From: Microcoleus sp. CAWBG506
Lineage (GTDB): Bacteria > Cyanobacteriota > Cyanobacteriia > Cyanobacteriales > Microcoleaceae
Length of the DNA stretch: 64,000 nucleotides
NCBI GenBank assembly: GCA_020883125.1
Contig: JAHREW010000029.1
Location: forward strand, 9,712-73,711
Reading direction: 5' to 3'
The stretch's first letter is position 1. Each line of letters starts with the position of its first letter. A program made the position numbers and the translations under genes. Below, in pieces: positions 1 through 10,720 of this stretch. The notes below the pieces were generated by a model. The model was not told the DNA's origin and searched no databases. It saw only the letters and a list, made by a program, of their open reading frames with translations.

Positions 1-77
1 ATACTTTTTTTTATATGAGATTTTCGCCCGAATGCTTCGCCCTGCGATCGTTTACAGCACAAGGCAAAATAGAATCG

Positions 78-479
78 CTAATCAACCCAATTTTCTAAGG
101 TTAATCCTGGGATACGGGACAATTCTCTAACATTATTCGTCACCAGTGTCAGCCCCAAACTGATTGCTTGGGATGCTATCAGCAAATCCATTGGGCCAAC
201 GACAATACCTTGACGTTCTAATCCTGCTCTAATTTGTCCATAAGTTTGCGTGCTTCTTTCATCAAAAGGAACTACTGGTAAGGTTATTAAAAACTGAATG
301 AGTGCAGCCCGATTTTGTTGTTGACGCTGACTTTTGTAAACCCCATACTCAAGTTCGGCAATAGTAACAGATGAAATGCCAATATCAAAAATTTCAAGTG
401 TTTGGAATTTATCGAATACTTTTTGGGGTTTGCGCTTGATGATGTAGATACAGATGTTAGTATCTAGTAAAAATCTCAT
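78..479 (-). CDS. vapC: PIN-domain toxin VapC
   Basis: N-terminal FLLDTNICIYII PIN motif, then acidic residues in ELEYG and GPMDLLIASQA...LVTNNVRE; 4-nt overlap with upstream antitoxin. Confidence 0.92.
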   Translation of the reverse strand: MRFLLDTNICIYIIKRKPQKVFDKFQTLEIFDIGISSVTIAELEYGVYKSQRQQQNRAALIQFLITLPVVPFDERSTQTYGQIRAGLERQGIVVGPMDLLIASQAISLGLTLVTNNVRELSRIPGLTLENWVD

Positions 480-706
480 TCAAAAGCCTCTCTCGTCTCC
501 AAGGACAACTGCTCCCTGACTAGCATAAAGTCGTCGGAGAACATATTCAAACTATCAAAAAAAGTTTTCCAAGGGTTTTCTTTGGAGATTAGGACAAGAA
601 CATCTCCTATTTTTTTGACATACACTTCATTACCTGCAAAATGAAATTCTTTGGGTAATATGACTGTCTGGTAGTCATCCGCGATCGATAATTTAGCAGT
701 ATTCAT
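476..706 (-). CDS. vapB: AbrB/SpoVT-type antitoxin VapB
   Basis: QTVILPKEFHF..EVYVKKIGDVLVL swapped-hairpin motif; coupled to vapC. Confidence 0.88.
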   Translation of the reverse strand: MNTAKLSIADDYQTVILPKEFHFAGNEVYVKKIGDVLVLISKENPWKTFFDSLNMFSDDFMLVREQLSLETREAFE

Positions 707-763
707 TGTTTTGCCTCCTGGTGGTTCAATTTATATTTTAGATTGACCGTCCACTTGCTCCAA

Positions 764-802
764 TTAAATTATAGCAGAGGATGGTAGGTTTAGTCGTCCC
801 AT
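764..802 (-). pseudogene. 12-codon remnant of a PIN-toxin N-terminus (MGRLNLPSSAII*)
   Basis: ATG overlaps the stop of 802..1029 (TAATG). The peptide resembles my recollection of cyanobacterial PIN-toxin starts (MG.LNLP.S..IY.DT) but stops at TAA 766-764. Confidence 0.55.
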
Positions 803-1029
803 TAGTTTTTTTCTTCTTGAAGTTCCCGGTCAATTTCTTCAACAGTTCTGGATACATGACGGCTGCGGATTTCCGTAAGCAATTCCAACACCTTACGCCG
901 CCAGCCTTGTAGCTTTTCTGGTATAAGCACAAACACTTCTACTTCTTCACCCACAGATCCAGGAGGCACTTGAATTTCAAGTTTATTTCCTGCAAGAACT
1001 TTGGTGGTAATCCGTATTGCTGACTGCAT
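802..1029 (-). CDS. Small antitoxin-like hypothetical protein, possibly C-terminally truncated
   Basis: 75-aa ORF typical of cyanobacterial PIN-toxin partners; reading through its TAA gives EEKN*WDD*. Confidence 0.6.
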   Translation of the reverse strand: MQSAIRITTKVLAGNKLEIQVPPGSVGEEVEVFVLIPEKLQGWRRKVLELLTEIRSRHVSRTVEEIDRELQEEKN

Positions 1030-1048
1030 AGTTCCTCGTTAGTGATGA

Positions 1049-4000
1049 TTAATTTTCCACAGCCCCTAAAGCTTTGATCGTGGCTTTTTCAACTTCAGTT
1101 AAACCCGTAACACCCGTGATATTCATCCCCTCATAAGGTCTGTCACTTTTCAGTATTTTGATGCACTCACCAGTCTCAAAATCCCAAATCCTAATTGTGC
1201 CATCCCGACTGCAAGCAGCAATAATTATTTCATTTGAACTGAAGGCAACTGAGTTAATTCTACTCGTATGACCTTGCAAGATTTTGAGACATTCACCTGT
1301 ACTGATATCCCATAATCTTACCGTTCCATCTACACTTCCACTAGCAACAATTTCACCAGAATAACTAAAGGCAACTGAACGTATCCAATCAGTATGCCCC
1401 TGTAAAATTTTGAGACATTCACCGCTGCGGACATCCCATAGTCTGATTGTTCGATCGACACTTCCAGTGGCAAGTATTTCACCGTTATGGCTAAAGGCGA
1501 TCGCGGGTGCCCAACCCGTATGCCCCTGTAAGACGTGGAGGCATTCACCAGTATGGATATCCCACAGCCTCACCGTTCCGTCAAAACCTGCACTGGCAAA
1601 TATCTCGCCCAAAGGACTGAAAGCAGCCGAGTTTACAGAATTGTTATGCCCCTGCAACGTTTTGAGGCATTCGCCAGTACCAATATCCCACAGCCTCACC
1701 GTTTGGTCATAACCTGCACTAGCAAGTATTTCACCCGAAGGACTGAAGGCGATCGATCGTGTTTCATTGCCAACTTCTGGCAAAGTATGAAGGCATTCAC
1801 CACTGCGAATATCCCACAGTTTCAGTGTTTGGTCGTAACTAGCGCTGGCAAGTATTTGACCCGAAGGATTGAAGGCAACTAAGTTTACCCGATCGAGGTG
1901 TCCGCGCAAGATTTGGGGGCATCCACCGCTGCTGACATCCCACAGCTTGACAGTTTGTTCGTCATCGCCGCTGGCAAGTATTTTACCGTTGGGACTGAAG
2001 GCGATCGACCTTACTTGAGTGCTATACCCTTGCAGTGTATTCAAGCATTCACCGCTGTCGATCGCCCACAGCATTAGCGTTTTATTATAACTACCGCTAA
2101 CAAGTATTTCACCAGCAGGATGGAAGGCGATTGACCCTACTCGATCGTTGTGCCCTTGCAAAGTATTCAAGCATTCACCAGTGCGGATATCCCATAGTTT
2201 TGCTGTGCGATCGTGACTGCCACTTGCAAGTATTTCGCCCGAAGGACTGAAGGCTATTGACCGTACTTGATCGAAATGTCCCTCTAAAGTTTTGAGACAT
2301 TCAAAAATGTTGATATTCCACAGCCTCACTGTTTTGTCGCCACTGCCAGTAGCAAGTATTTCACCAGCAGCATTGAAAGCAACTGAAAACACGTTTTTAG
2401 TATGTCCCTGCAAGATTTTAAGACATTCACCACTGTTGATATTCCACAGTCTCACTGTTTTGTCACCGCTTCCACTGGCAAACATTTCACCAGCAGGATG
2501 GAAAGCGACTGAAAACACATTTTCAGTATGACCGTGCAACATTTGCAGGCATTCACCCGTGCGGATATCCCATAACCCGATCGTGCGATCGAAACTCCCG
2601 CTAGCGAGTATATTTCCATCAGGATGGAAGGTGACAGACATTACTGATTCGGTATGTCCCTGCAAAACTTTTAAACATTCACCTGTCTTAACATTCCATA
2701 ACTTAATTGTTTTGTCATAACTCCCGCTAGCAAGTATCTCACCGTCAGGACTGAAGGCGACTGACTCCACCACGTTGGTATGTCCTTTACAGGTCAATAT
2801 TTCTCTGAAACTGCTAGCTTCCCACAAGCGAACTACGCCATTACTATCACCTGTAGCTAACAGTTGGCCATCTGGACTAACTATGACCGATCGAACACTG
2901 CCGAAGATTTTCGTAAAAATAGAATTAGTCAAATTCGCTTCAGCAAAATTGACGCGGCGCAGGATAGCATTTGTAAAATCAGCGCCTAAAATAACTGCAC
3001 GAGAAAGGTCTTTTGTTTCTAACGCAGTGCGATCGATTTTCACCAACAGCGTCGCCGCATTCCCTCCCACGTAACCTACCTCAATTTCGGTTTTTCCTCG
3101 CGTTGCTTCCAGAATTTCTAGTAGGGACGACTTCTCTAAAGCCCCCCTTGTTAAGGGGGGTTGGGGGGATCTCTTCTGGCTAACATCGTCACTATCCTCT
3201 CTCTCTAATAGGAATTCGGGGGTTCTCTCGTGATTGGCATCGTCACGATCCCCCCCGGCCCCCCTTAACAAGGGGGGAGAAATTGCATCCAACATTGGTA
3301 ACAACAAATCCATCACTGCTTTCGTCAGCGGCGCGTGTCCGAAACTATTACAAAGTTGCCCTAAATCTTCAGCAACAAATCCCTGCAAAGGCGCAATGAG
3401 TTCACCATTACTTCTCTTTCGGGCTTGCAATCGACAATAATTAGACCAAGTGTATGATTGAGGCGCTGCATTAGGATCTAAACACGATTGTTCCGGCGCA
3501 ACTAATTCGGTAAAATCTGGTGCCAAAACTCCTAATTCCGCTGCAAATTTGTAAGCGACAAAAAACTCTAACAGCGAACGGTGCGCCGGAGTGTAATCGC
3601 CGTCGGCATTACGAATCAGCATGGTTTGACCCATCATATCGTAATGCCAGTGGTCTAAGTCTTTTTCCTCTTGGACGATGGAACCAAACAAGCTGCGAAT
3701 GCGATCGGGAAAACCGCGATAATTGAGACTCATTTGGTCTGTAGATACCATTTCCCAAGAGAGTTCGCACAAGAAATAAAGCTTATCTGCTAACGAAGTG
3801 AAAGTCCGTTCGGCTTTGATATCTCTCTCTATCTTCCGTCGCACTGCATACAGATAAATCCGCGACATATCCACTGGTTTTCCAGCTTCAATATCGGGCA
3901 ATGCTTCCAAAATTAACTCGGTCATCACCGGGCGGCGCGCTAAATCCAATAGTTGCAGGTTTCCCATCACTTTTTCGACAGTTGCGGCTTCTGTTTGAAC

Positions 4001-5653
4001 TGACAGCGCTTGCCGAATTTGCGCGTCGTTAAACTCCTCTAATTCTAATACTTCAAATTGGGGAGTTTCGCCTGTTAATATGGTTGTTGATGCTTGCAGT
4101 TCGGCATTGAACAATGCCCGTCCTTCCTTGCCTTCAGGGAAGTGTTCGGTACGGCAAGTGAGGATGACTTTTGCACCGGGAACGACCGCTTTTGCTAATT
4201 CCCAGAAGTTGTTGATGGTTTCTTGCCGATCGCACTTAGCGGCCATTTCATCAAAACCATCGAAAATCAACAGAAACTTGCCCATCCGATTTAGCTGTTC
4301 AAAAGCCGAATAACCAGCCAAAGGTATCTCGTGTTTCCGAAAGAAAAACTCGGAAAATAGCGACTCCACACTAACTGCTTTGGCGTAATCTCGCAACGGA
4401 ATTACTAACGGCAACCTCGGACGTTCCAAGCCGCGCTTTTGAGCTTCTTTGTAGCGTTGTAGCGCCATCCAAGCATAGTGCATCGCAAACCAAGTTTTCC
4501 CCGTCCCAAATTCTCCTAAAACTGAAATATGTTCTTTTACGGGGTCATCCAACCACAGGTCAATATAACCTTCAATCCAGCCATCTCCCTCGCCATAATG
4601 ACTCACTCCTATTTTGCGGTGAGTATCCGGGTCAATTTCTTCTTTGGTACAAGCTAGCGGCACGTATTTGGTATCAATTTTCCGGCTGGTAATTTCAGTT
4701 TCTAGCCAATCGAGATAAGCGGTAAAATCGGCATCTTGGTCGAGCAATTCATCGAAAGTATAGCAAGCTAAATCGCGATTTTCATCTTTTTTTACTTCAT
4801 CCCGCGCGGCGCTACTGATGCGACGGGCGGTGACTAACCAACCTTCATCGGTGCGCTGTTTTTTCACCGATTCGCCCAAGGCTAAGATGTCCTTGAGTCC
4901 GGCTTCTCCGGCAATTCCGCGGACTAAAATGCGATCGTACCGATTGCGTCTGACGGGAACATTGATAATCCATTCAAAATAGTTATTTTCCCAAATTTCA
5001 TATTTCTCAAACTTATAACTTAATGTCTCAAACCAACCGCGAACTTGTTGTGATAAAATAAAAGCTTGAGACTTTTGAATATTCGTTGATGCTGCTGCCG
5101 GAAGTGCGGGAACATCTTCGGTTTCCAACCTGGCAAATTCGGTGCGAATTCCTTCTATGGTGGGAAGGCGATCGATGCGATCGAGTACCAGAGATAGGCG
5201 TTTTTGCAAAGAGGCGATCGCATTTCCCACCATCACATCTCCCAGCGTCCGCGTCCGCTTGGCTACTTCCATAAACACGGCGGCAAATGCCATAAATTCC
5301 CGTCTGGGGTCAATGCCTAAATCTCGCAGTTCTTTGCCCAAAGCAGACTGGTTGAGATAATCTTCACCTGCTTGAATTAAAATGGCTGGGCTGTCGGACT
5401 CGAAAGCTTTGCGAAAAGCTGATTCAATCTCTGGTTGGCGAAACAGTGCTAAAATCTGTTTAGGTTTGCCAGCGCCGTACTCGACTAAAGTATAAACGTA
5501 AACTCCGCTGAAATCTGCGGGCGGAGCATCCGGGTCGAGGTTAAATCTCTTTAATAACTTGATAACTGTTTCGTTGCGCTGAAACTTGTCTTTGATGGTG
5601 CCCAAGGGAATGGCTGTCAGGAGACTGATAACTAAGTCCAGACTAATTAGCAT
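1049..5653 (-). CDS. STAND NTPase: helical N-domain, Mrr/REase-like domain, NACHT, pentapeptide repeats, 14 WD40 repeats
   Basis: Walker A GEFGTGKT, Walker [10 protein letters not shown]; [19 protein letters not shown] pentapeptide; 14 GH...SVAFSP.G..LASGS.D.T..LWD repeats. Confidence 0.92.
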   Translation of the reverse strand: MLISLDLVISLLTAIPLGTIKDKFQRNETVIKLLKRFNLDPDAPPADFSGVYVYTLVEYGAGKPKQILALFRQPEIESAFRKAFESDSPAILIQAGEDYLNQSALGKELRDLGIDPRREFMAFAAVFMEVAKRTRTLGDVMVGNAIASLQKRLSLVLDRIDRLPTIEGIRTEFARLETEDVPALPAAASTNIQKSQAFILSQQVRGWFETLSYKFEKYEIWENNYFEWIINVPVRRNRYDRILVRGIAGEAGLKDILALGESVKKQRTDEGWLVTARRISSAARDEVKKDENRDLACYTFDELLDQDADFTAYLDWLETEITSRKIDTKYVPLACTKEEIDPDTHRKIGVSHYGEGDGWIEGYIDLWLDDPVKEHISVLGEFGTGKTWFAMHYAWMALQRYKEAQKRGLERPRLPLVIPLRDYAKAVSVESLFSEFFFRKHEIPLAGYSAFEQLNRMGKFLLIFDGFDEMAAKCDRQETINNFWELAKAVVPGAKVILTCRTEHFPEGKEGRALFNAELQASTTILTGETPQFEVLELEEFNDAQIRQALSVQTEAATVEKVMGNLQLLDLARRPVMTELILEALPDIEAGKPVDMSRIYLYAVRRKIERDIKAERTFTSLADKLYFLCELSWEMVSTDQMSLNYRGFPDRIRSLFGSIVQEEKDLDHWHYDMMGQTMLIRNADGDYTPAHRSLLEFFVAYKFAAELGVLAPDFTELVAPEQSCLDPNAAPQSYTWSNYCRLQARKRSNGELIAPLQGFVAEDLGQLCNSFGHAPLTKAVMDLLLPMLDAISPPLLRGAGGDRDDANHERTPEFLLEREDSDDVSQKRSPQPPLTRGALEKSSLLEILEATRGKTEIEVGYVGGNAATLLVKIDRTALETKDLSRAVILGADFTNAILRRVNFAEANLTNSIFTKIFGSVRSVIVSPDGQLLATGDSNGVVRLWEASSFREILTCKGHTNVVESVAFSPDGEILASGSYDKTIKLWNVKTGECLKVLQGHTESVMSVTFHPDGNILASGSFDRTIGLWDIRTGECLQMLHGHTENVFSVAFHPAGEMFASGSGDKTVRLWNINSGECLKILQGHTKNVFSVAFNAAGEILATGSGDKTVRLWNINIFECLKTLEGHFDQVRSIAFSPSGEILASGSHDRTAKLWDIRTGECLNTLQGHNDRVGSIAFHPAGEILVSGSYNKTLMLWAIDSGECLNTLQGYSTQVRSIAFSPNGKILASGDDEQTVKLWDVSSGGCPQILRGHLDRVNLVAFNPSGQILASASYDQTLKLWDIRSGECLHTLPEVGNETRSIAFSPSGEILASAGYDQTVRLWDIGTGECLKTLQGHNNSVNSAAFSPLGEIFASAGFDGTVRLWDIHTGECLHVLQGHTGWAPAIAFSHNGEILATGSVDRTIRLWDVRSGECLKILQGHTDWIRSVAFSYSGEIVASGSVDGTVRLWDISTGECLKILQGHTSRINSVAFSSNEIIIAACSRDGTIRIWDFETGECIKILKSDRPYEGMNITGVTGLTEVEKATIKALGAVEN
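3141..3277. repeat. GC-rich palindromic element (~31-bp inverted arms) inside the NACHT CDS
   Basis: Arms at 3141-3171 and 3247-3277 are near reverse complements (CCCCCCTTGTTAAGGGGGG core); a single arm also occurs at 56941-56973. Confidence 0.8.
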
Positions 5654-5737
5654 GATTTAGGCTTTCCTGTTTTTCCGTGGGATTAATGCTCAAATCTCAA
5701 AATCGCAAATTGCTATAATTCTATGTTAACGCACATG

Positions 5738-5842
5738 ACATCAAATCTGTCAATATCAGAATTACTCATATCTCTCCGATCTTTCTCTGTGTTCTCTGCG
5801 CTCTCTGTGGTTAAATAATTCCGATCCAACTGAAATTGATAT
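5738..5842 (-). mobile_element. ~105-bp MITE-like repeat, copy 1
   Basis: Reverse complement aligns end to end with 18160-18263; imperfect terminal inverted repeats ATATCAATT.C.GTTG / CAAC.GATTTGATAT. Confidence 0.6.
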
Positions 5843-6003
5843 GATAATGTTTTAAAATTACAGCAAAAATTAGCATTTTTTCCTAAATTTGACACCTCCA
5901 AAATAGAGAAATATCCGACATAAATTGTAGTATAAAAAGCTCTGATATTAGTTGTTATTTCATGGTTATAAAAGCTAAAATATAGATAACTTACAAATAA
6001 AAC

Positions 6004-6369
6004 TTGCTATCTATGAAAATACAATCATCCGTCTTAGTCCACCTAGGATTTGGCAAATATGTGCGATCGGACAAAGTAACAGCAGTCATCCCAATTGAAG
6101 AAGAACGTGGCCCCGGACGGCGCACTTTCGTGCACATAGACGGCGAAGCAGACCCAATCGTTGCTTCCCGCGCTGAAGACACAATTATCCGCGATTTAGT
6201 CCAAGAACCACGGGAAATTACTCAAGCTCGCCAACAACAGGAAATCCTCCAAGATTTGCTGGCAGATTTGAGCAATGTCAATGTCACCGTGCGCCGAATT
6301 AGCCGCGATGAAGGTGGACTAGACCTCGAACGTTTAGAGCGCCGAATTCGCCAAATTTTAGAAGCCTAA
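6004..6369 (+). CDS. Hypothetical protein; N-terminus weakly reminiscent of RemA/DUF370
   Basis: Clean 121-aa ORF (ATG probably 6013); LVHLGFGKYVRSDKVTAV resembles RemA-type INIGFGN.V...I.A; family call unverified. Confidence 0.7.
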   Translation: MLSMKIQSSVLVHLGFGKYVRSDKVTAVIPIEEERGPGRRTFVHIDGEADPIVASRAEDTIIRDLVQEPREITQARQQQEILQDLLADLSNVNVTVRRISRDEGGLDLERLERRIRQILEA

Positions 6370-6466
6370 AAACAAAAGACCGCCCCTGCGGTCTGTCTCC
6401 CAGTCCGCTCAAATCGCCGATTTCCATAGGAGATTGTTCAGCCAGATTGTTAACCCACATTTAATA

Positions 6467-8350
6467 TTACCCGATCGCGCTTAAGTGCGATCGAAAATAT
6501 TGCCGATACAAATCGCACCGGGGCACGCATTCACTCCCCTGCAATTTCACTAACCCCAAGCTATCTAATTTAAATGCTTGCATTGCCTTTAATTTTACTG
6601 GAGAATCTGCCACTGCAATCTCTCTCATCCCCGTGACCAAGTCTGGATATTCTTCCAAATTCCATAATTGGCGACGCAAATGGTCGCTGTAAATTCCAGC
6701 TTCAGCAATCGCAGTTTCTTGTAATTCATTAATAGTTAATTCTGACTGCGAAAAGTGATATAATGCAACTCGCACCAGATAAGGATGTCCGCCCACAATT
6801 GCCATCAATTTTTCAACTTCTTGATGAGACCAATGCAAGTTGTGGCGCGCTGCTAAATCTTCGATTTGTTCGGCGTTGAATTCCGGCAAATCAACAGGTA
6901 ATCCCACGTTGAAAGGCGATTGATTGATATTCATCGGGATATAAACTTCCGTGGAATGAACTACAATTAATCGTAGTTTTTTCCAGATATCGCGTCGCTT
7001 CGATTCTTCGTGCCACGCCCGCAGCAGTCCTAAAAAGTCTTCGGCAATGTCGGGATATTGAAAAACGCGATCGATCTCGTCTAATCCTAACACCAAAGGA
7101 GTGTCGATTTGGGGCAACAAATATTTTTCAAAGTAATCTTTGCAGTTAACTTTGCTCCCAAAAATTTCATCCCAATAATCGTCGAGTTGATTGGGTATGT
7201 GTAATTCTCGCCCTACATAGGCACAAAACCACTTGAGAAATTTATCAAGATTGGCAAATACATGTTTATCAACTAATTGAAAAGTGAGCGGAACTGTGCG
7301 ATAATCTTGACAGGATGCGTGGTGCAAAATTTTGGCCATTAAAGAAGTTTTTCCCATCTGTCGGGGAGCTTTAATTCTAATTAAGGCGCTGGGCTGCAAA
7401 ATAGTTTGATAACACCGTTCTTCGATGGGAGGACGTTCTACATAAAATTGAGAAGTGACATCCACTTGTCCTCCCGGCAATTCTGGTTCTGCTGTGGGTA
7501 AAGGGATGTTATGGCTAGTAATTTTTAATACTTGATTCTGGATTAAATCTGCTGGTTCATCTTTGATAGGGGCGGCACTTTCTGCTAACAAACTCATAAT
7601 TTCTTCGATCAAAATTGGAGTATCTGCGGTTGTTTGCCATTCCCTTTGTTTGATGCGGTAAAGATAGCCTCGCAAGTCGTGATTGAGAGGCTCATTCAGG
7701 GAAAAACCGACGCGAATTGGTAAAAGCACTGGCTTTTTGTCAGCGCGAGAATCTTGCAATTCTTTGGCTTTTTGAACTTGATAAGTTAGCAGTTCGCTCT
7801 GGTTGACAGTAGGTGGCAATAACAATAATAAATAATCGCATTCTTTGAGGAATAAGTTAATGCGATCGAACCAATTATCTCCTAATTTAATGCTGTTTTC
7901 GATGGTAAAGACTGTATGCCCGATCGCACTTAAGGCCATTTCCAACTGTTTGCCTAATTCGCGATCGGGCTCAAGGCTATGATAGCTGATAAAAATCTTA
8001 ACACTTCGGCTGCTAGGGGCTGTTTCTTCAGTCGGTGGCAAATTCCTCGGCCCATCGGCATCTTCCCCATCATCTAGTTTAGCCGATCGATGGTCGCCAT
8101 TGGCTAAAGTCAAATCAAAAGCAGCAAACAATTGCCGAATTTTACTCTCGTCGGCACCTTCTCTACCCTGCCTAATTTTGCTGACTGTATCGGCACCAAC
8201 GCCAGACTCAGCCTCTACTTCGGTCAGAGTACCTCTAATGTTATATCGGTCAGACCATTCTTGGATCGCCTCATTAAGCTTCTTTAAGCCTGGGGCGGTG
8301 AGAATTCGACCGCGATCGCGTTTTGACTTGATCACTTCGCTTGCACTCAA
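6467..8350 (-). CDS. XRE-like HTH + TIR + AAA-like (AAA_35-type) STAND protein
   Basis: N-terminal HTH-like segment; KIFISYH TIR start; Walker A APRQMGKTS, Walker B LVLGLDEID; C-terminal GGHPYLVR. Confidence 0.85.
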   Translation of the reverse strand: MSASEVIKSKRDRGRILTAPGLKKLNEAIQEWSDRYNIRGTLTEVEAESGVGADTVSKIRQGREGADESKIRQLFAAFDLTLANGDHRSAKLDDGEDADGPRNLPPTEETAPSSRSVKIFISYHSLEPDRELGKQLEMALSAIGHTVFTIENSIKLGDNWFDRINLFLKECDYLLLLLPPTVNQSELLTYQVQKAKELQDSRADKKPVLLPIRVGFSLNEPLNHDLRGYLYRIKQREWQTTADTPILIEEIMSLLAESAAPIKDEPADLIQNQVLKITSHNIPLPTAEPELPGGQVDVTSQFYVERPPIEERCYQTILQPSALIRIKAPRQMGKTSLMAKILHHASCQDYRTVPLTFQLVDKHVFANLDKFLKWFCAYVGRELHIPNQLDDYWDEIFGSKVNCKDYFEKYLLPQIDTPLVLGLDEIDRVFQYPDIAEDFLGLLRAWHEESKRRDIWKKLRLIVVHSTEVYIPMNINQSPFNVGLPVDLPEFNAEQIEDLAARHNLHWSHQEVEKLMAIVGGHPYLVRVALYHFSQSELTINELQETAIAEAGIYSDHLRRQLWNLEEYPDLVTGMREIAVADSPVKLKAMQAFKLDSLGLVKLQGSECVPRCDLYRQYFRSHLSAIG

Positions 8351-8608
8351 ACGAGAAGGAATCTAGGAAGTTTAACCTATCAACTACCTATTTTAAGGGA
8401 TTTTAAGGAAGATAGTCCGCCACATTCAACTCAATTAATTTTAATTATTCAAATTATATTAGCAATCGCAGCCTCAAACCCCATCCTGTCAACGAATTCA
8501 AAATTTAAACATATTTTAACCTAAAAAAATGCTTAACTCCCCAATCTCCCCCGTGCATAATTGATTAGCTTTTTATAATACAGACATCAAGCAAAAAGGG
8601 GCAGGACA

Positions 8609-8779
8609 ATGAACAATGTTTTACACAGACTGGCAATGGCCGCTTTAGCAACCGCAGCCATATTCACTATTAACACCCTGAACAACTTAACTGAAGCATC
8701 AGCCGCTGCCAAGTTTGATGGCTCAGAGATTAATCAGAGGGAAACTTTTCCCGTAGCATTTAGTCAGTTTAATAAATAG
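8609..8779 (+). CDS. 56-aa putative secreted peptide (below the ORF-track cutoff)
   Basis: Hand translation MNNVLHRLAMAALATAAIFTINTLNNLTEASAAAKFDGSEINQRETFPVAFSQFNK*; AGGA upstream; hydrophobic leader ending ASA. Confidence 0.55.
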   Translation: MNNVLHRLAMAALATAAIFTINTLNNLTEASAAAKFDGSEINQRETFPVAFSQFNK

Positions 8780-8810
8780 TAACATTCATTGATTAAATTA
8801 GGTATAAATC

Positions 8811-9158
8811 ATGAAGTCTACCCTGGAATCTCCGCTACTTACCACTACAAAATGTGACTTAGTTGATGCTGAGGCGATCCATGCCTGCACAGCACTAGCA
8901 TGGATCGAATTGGTAGCATTAGATGCTAATGTTCTGACGGGAGATGATTGGCTGGCTCTTTGCGATGATATTGATAGCGGTGAAATTTACCGCGACTGGT
9001 TTCTGTGGCAGGATACTGAAGTTAGCGGAGATTGGCAAGCTTATGACCATTTGAGCGATCGACGATTTGTAGCTAAAGGAAAAGTGTTTGTGAAAGCGAT
9101 GATTGATGCCATAGAGAATGCGAGAAATCAGGCGATCGCCCAACTTGAGTTTATTTAG
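8811..9158 (+). CDS. Acidic, Trp-rich hypothetical protein
   Basis: 115-aa ORF starting 31 nt after the peptide; no family recognised. Confidence 0.6.
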   Translation: MKSTLESPLLTTTKCDLVDAEAIHACTALAWIELVALDANVLTGDDWLALCDDIDSGEIYRDWFLWQDTEVSGDWQAYDHLSDRRFVAKGKVFVKAMIDAIENARNQAIAQLEFI

Positions 9159-9295
9159 ATTATATCAACTGAGTCCACTGATTATTCTAAAATAAAATAA
9201 TAAAATATACGGCAGAGGGCAAGAGTTGACTGTATGATATCATACGACTCGCCACGACAGCGGTTCAGAACAGTGTTCCCATCGCTTTCGAGTGG

Positions 9296-10648
9296 ATGCC
9301 AATTCTCTCTTTCTCTCCACCCATGACTTTAAAACTACAATGGCTGTTGGCTACGTTAATTAGTGCTTGGGCGATCGCCCTCCCCGCCCAAGCGGATACC
9401 TTGACATCTTGGCACTTTGATCCGAATCAAAATCAACTTAATTTAACAACAGATACCAGCGTTCAGCCCTCAGTTAAATTAATTGCTAATCCCACCCGTT
9501 TAGTCATCGATCTGCCAGGAATTGTCCTCGAATATCCCGAAACTCCTCAAAGCTATAATTCAGCCATTAAAGAAATAAGAATTGGGCAATTAGACCCAGA
9601 AACCACCAGATTAGTGATTCAATTCAATCCCGGTTATAAGTTAGATCCGCAACAAGTACGAGTTATCAAAGAATCGGCAAATCGCTGGTCATTTCAGTTG
9701 CCAAATCCAGAGCAATTAGCAGGCAATGAATCTTTTGAATCCGAAGATATTACTAGGTTTGAGCAAAAAGAGCCTCAAATTTTACCGAATCTGAAAGCGA
9801 CGAATCCTAGAAATTATTCCGGTGATTTAGCGATGCAAATCGGTTCGGAAATGACAGCGATCAAGCCGGAAATTGAAAAGGCGATCGAACAGTATAAATC
9901 CCTGAGTGCGGGAATGTTTTTTCTGGATTTAGATACAGGAAACTATTTGGATATCAAGGGCGATCGGGTATTTCCCGCCGCCAGTACCATCAAATTACCA
10001 ATCCTGATTGCCTTTTATCAAGATGTAGACGCTGGCCAAATTAGCTTGAATGAAACATTAGTTATGAAATCCGACTTAGTGGCCAGCGGCTCTGGAACTA
10101 TGCAAGACGAACCAGATGGCACTCGGTTTAGCATCAGAGAAACCGTAGATAAAATGATTACCATCAGCGACAATACAGCCACAAACATGATTATTGAACG
10201 TTTGGGGGGAATTGCGAAACTCAACGAACGTTTTCGCAGTTGGGGATTAACTGATACAATAATTCGCAATTGGTTGGGAGATTTTCAAGGCACAAATACA
10301 ACCAGTTCTGTAGATATGGTACAACTGCTATCAATGCTATCTCGCGATAAATTAGTTTCGGAATCTAGCCGAGAACAGGCTTTAGAATTATTGCGGCATA
10401 CCACAACTAGAACCCTGCTTCCTTCGGGTTTAGGGGCGGGAGCAGTAATTGCCGACAAAACCGGAGATATCGGCTTTGTAGTTGGCGATGCTGGAATTAT
10501 TGATATGCCGAATGGAAAGCGTTATTTGGCGGCAATTTTTGTCAAACGTCCTTATAATGACCCCATTGTCAGAGATTTTGTGCGCCGAATTTCGCGTATT
10601 GTTTACAATTACTTAGACCAACCATCCGCGCAAGTACGGGATCGTTAA
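9296..10648 (+). CDS. AMIN-domain class A beta-lactamase-like serine hydrolase (PBP-A type)
   Basis: Signal peptide; AMIN-like PTRLVIDLPG; SxxK (ASTIK), SDN and KTG motifs. Confidence 0.88.
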   Translation: MPILSFSPPMTLKLQWLLATLISAWAIALPAQADTLTSWHFDPNQNQLNLTTDTSVQPSVKLIANPTRLVIDLPGIVLEYPETPQSYNSAIKEIRIGQLDPETTRLVIQFNPGYKLDPQQVRVIKESANRWSFQLPNPEQLAGNESFESEDITRFEQKEPQILPNLKATNPRNYSGDLAMQIGSEMTAIKPEIEKAIEQYKSLSAGMFFLDLDTGNYLDIKGDRVFPAASTIKLPILIAFYQDVDAGQISLNETLVMKSDLVASGSGTMQDEPDGTRFSIRETVDKMITISDNTATNMIIERLGGIAKLNERFRSWGLTDTIIRNWLGDFQGTNTTSSVDMVQLLSMLSRDKLVSESSREQALELLRHTTTRTLLPSGLGAGAVIADKTGDIGFVVGDAGIIDMPNGKRYLAAIFVKRPYNDPIVRDFVRRISRIVYNYLDQPSAQVRDR

Positions 10649-10720
10649 AGCGTGATTTTCAAATATAGAGTCGATGGGAGGTTTACAGAATTTAAAACCC
10701 CATCATAGGACTAATCTGGC

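Noticed and set aside
1150-2860. WD40 repeats as a diversity-generating retroelement target
   Set aside because: No reverse transcriptase or template repeat in the window, and variation is not adenine-specific by eye
9296-10648. Beta-lactamase as an acquired resistance gene
   Set aside because: AMIN fusion and chromosomal context fit the resident cyanobacterial PBP-A-like family; no mobility context
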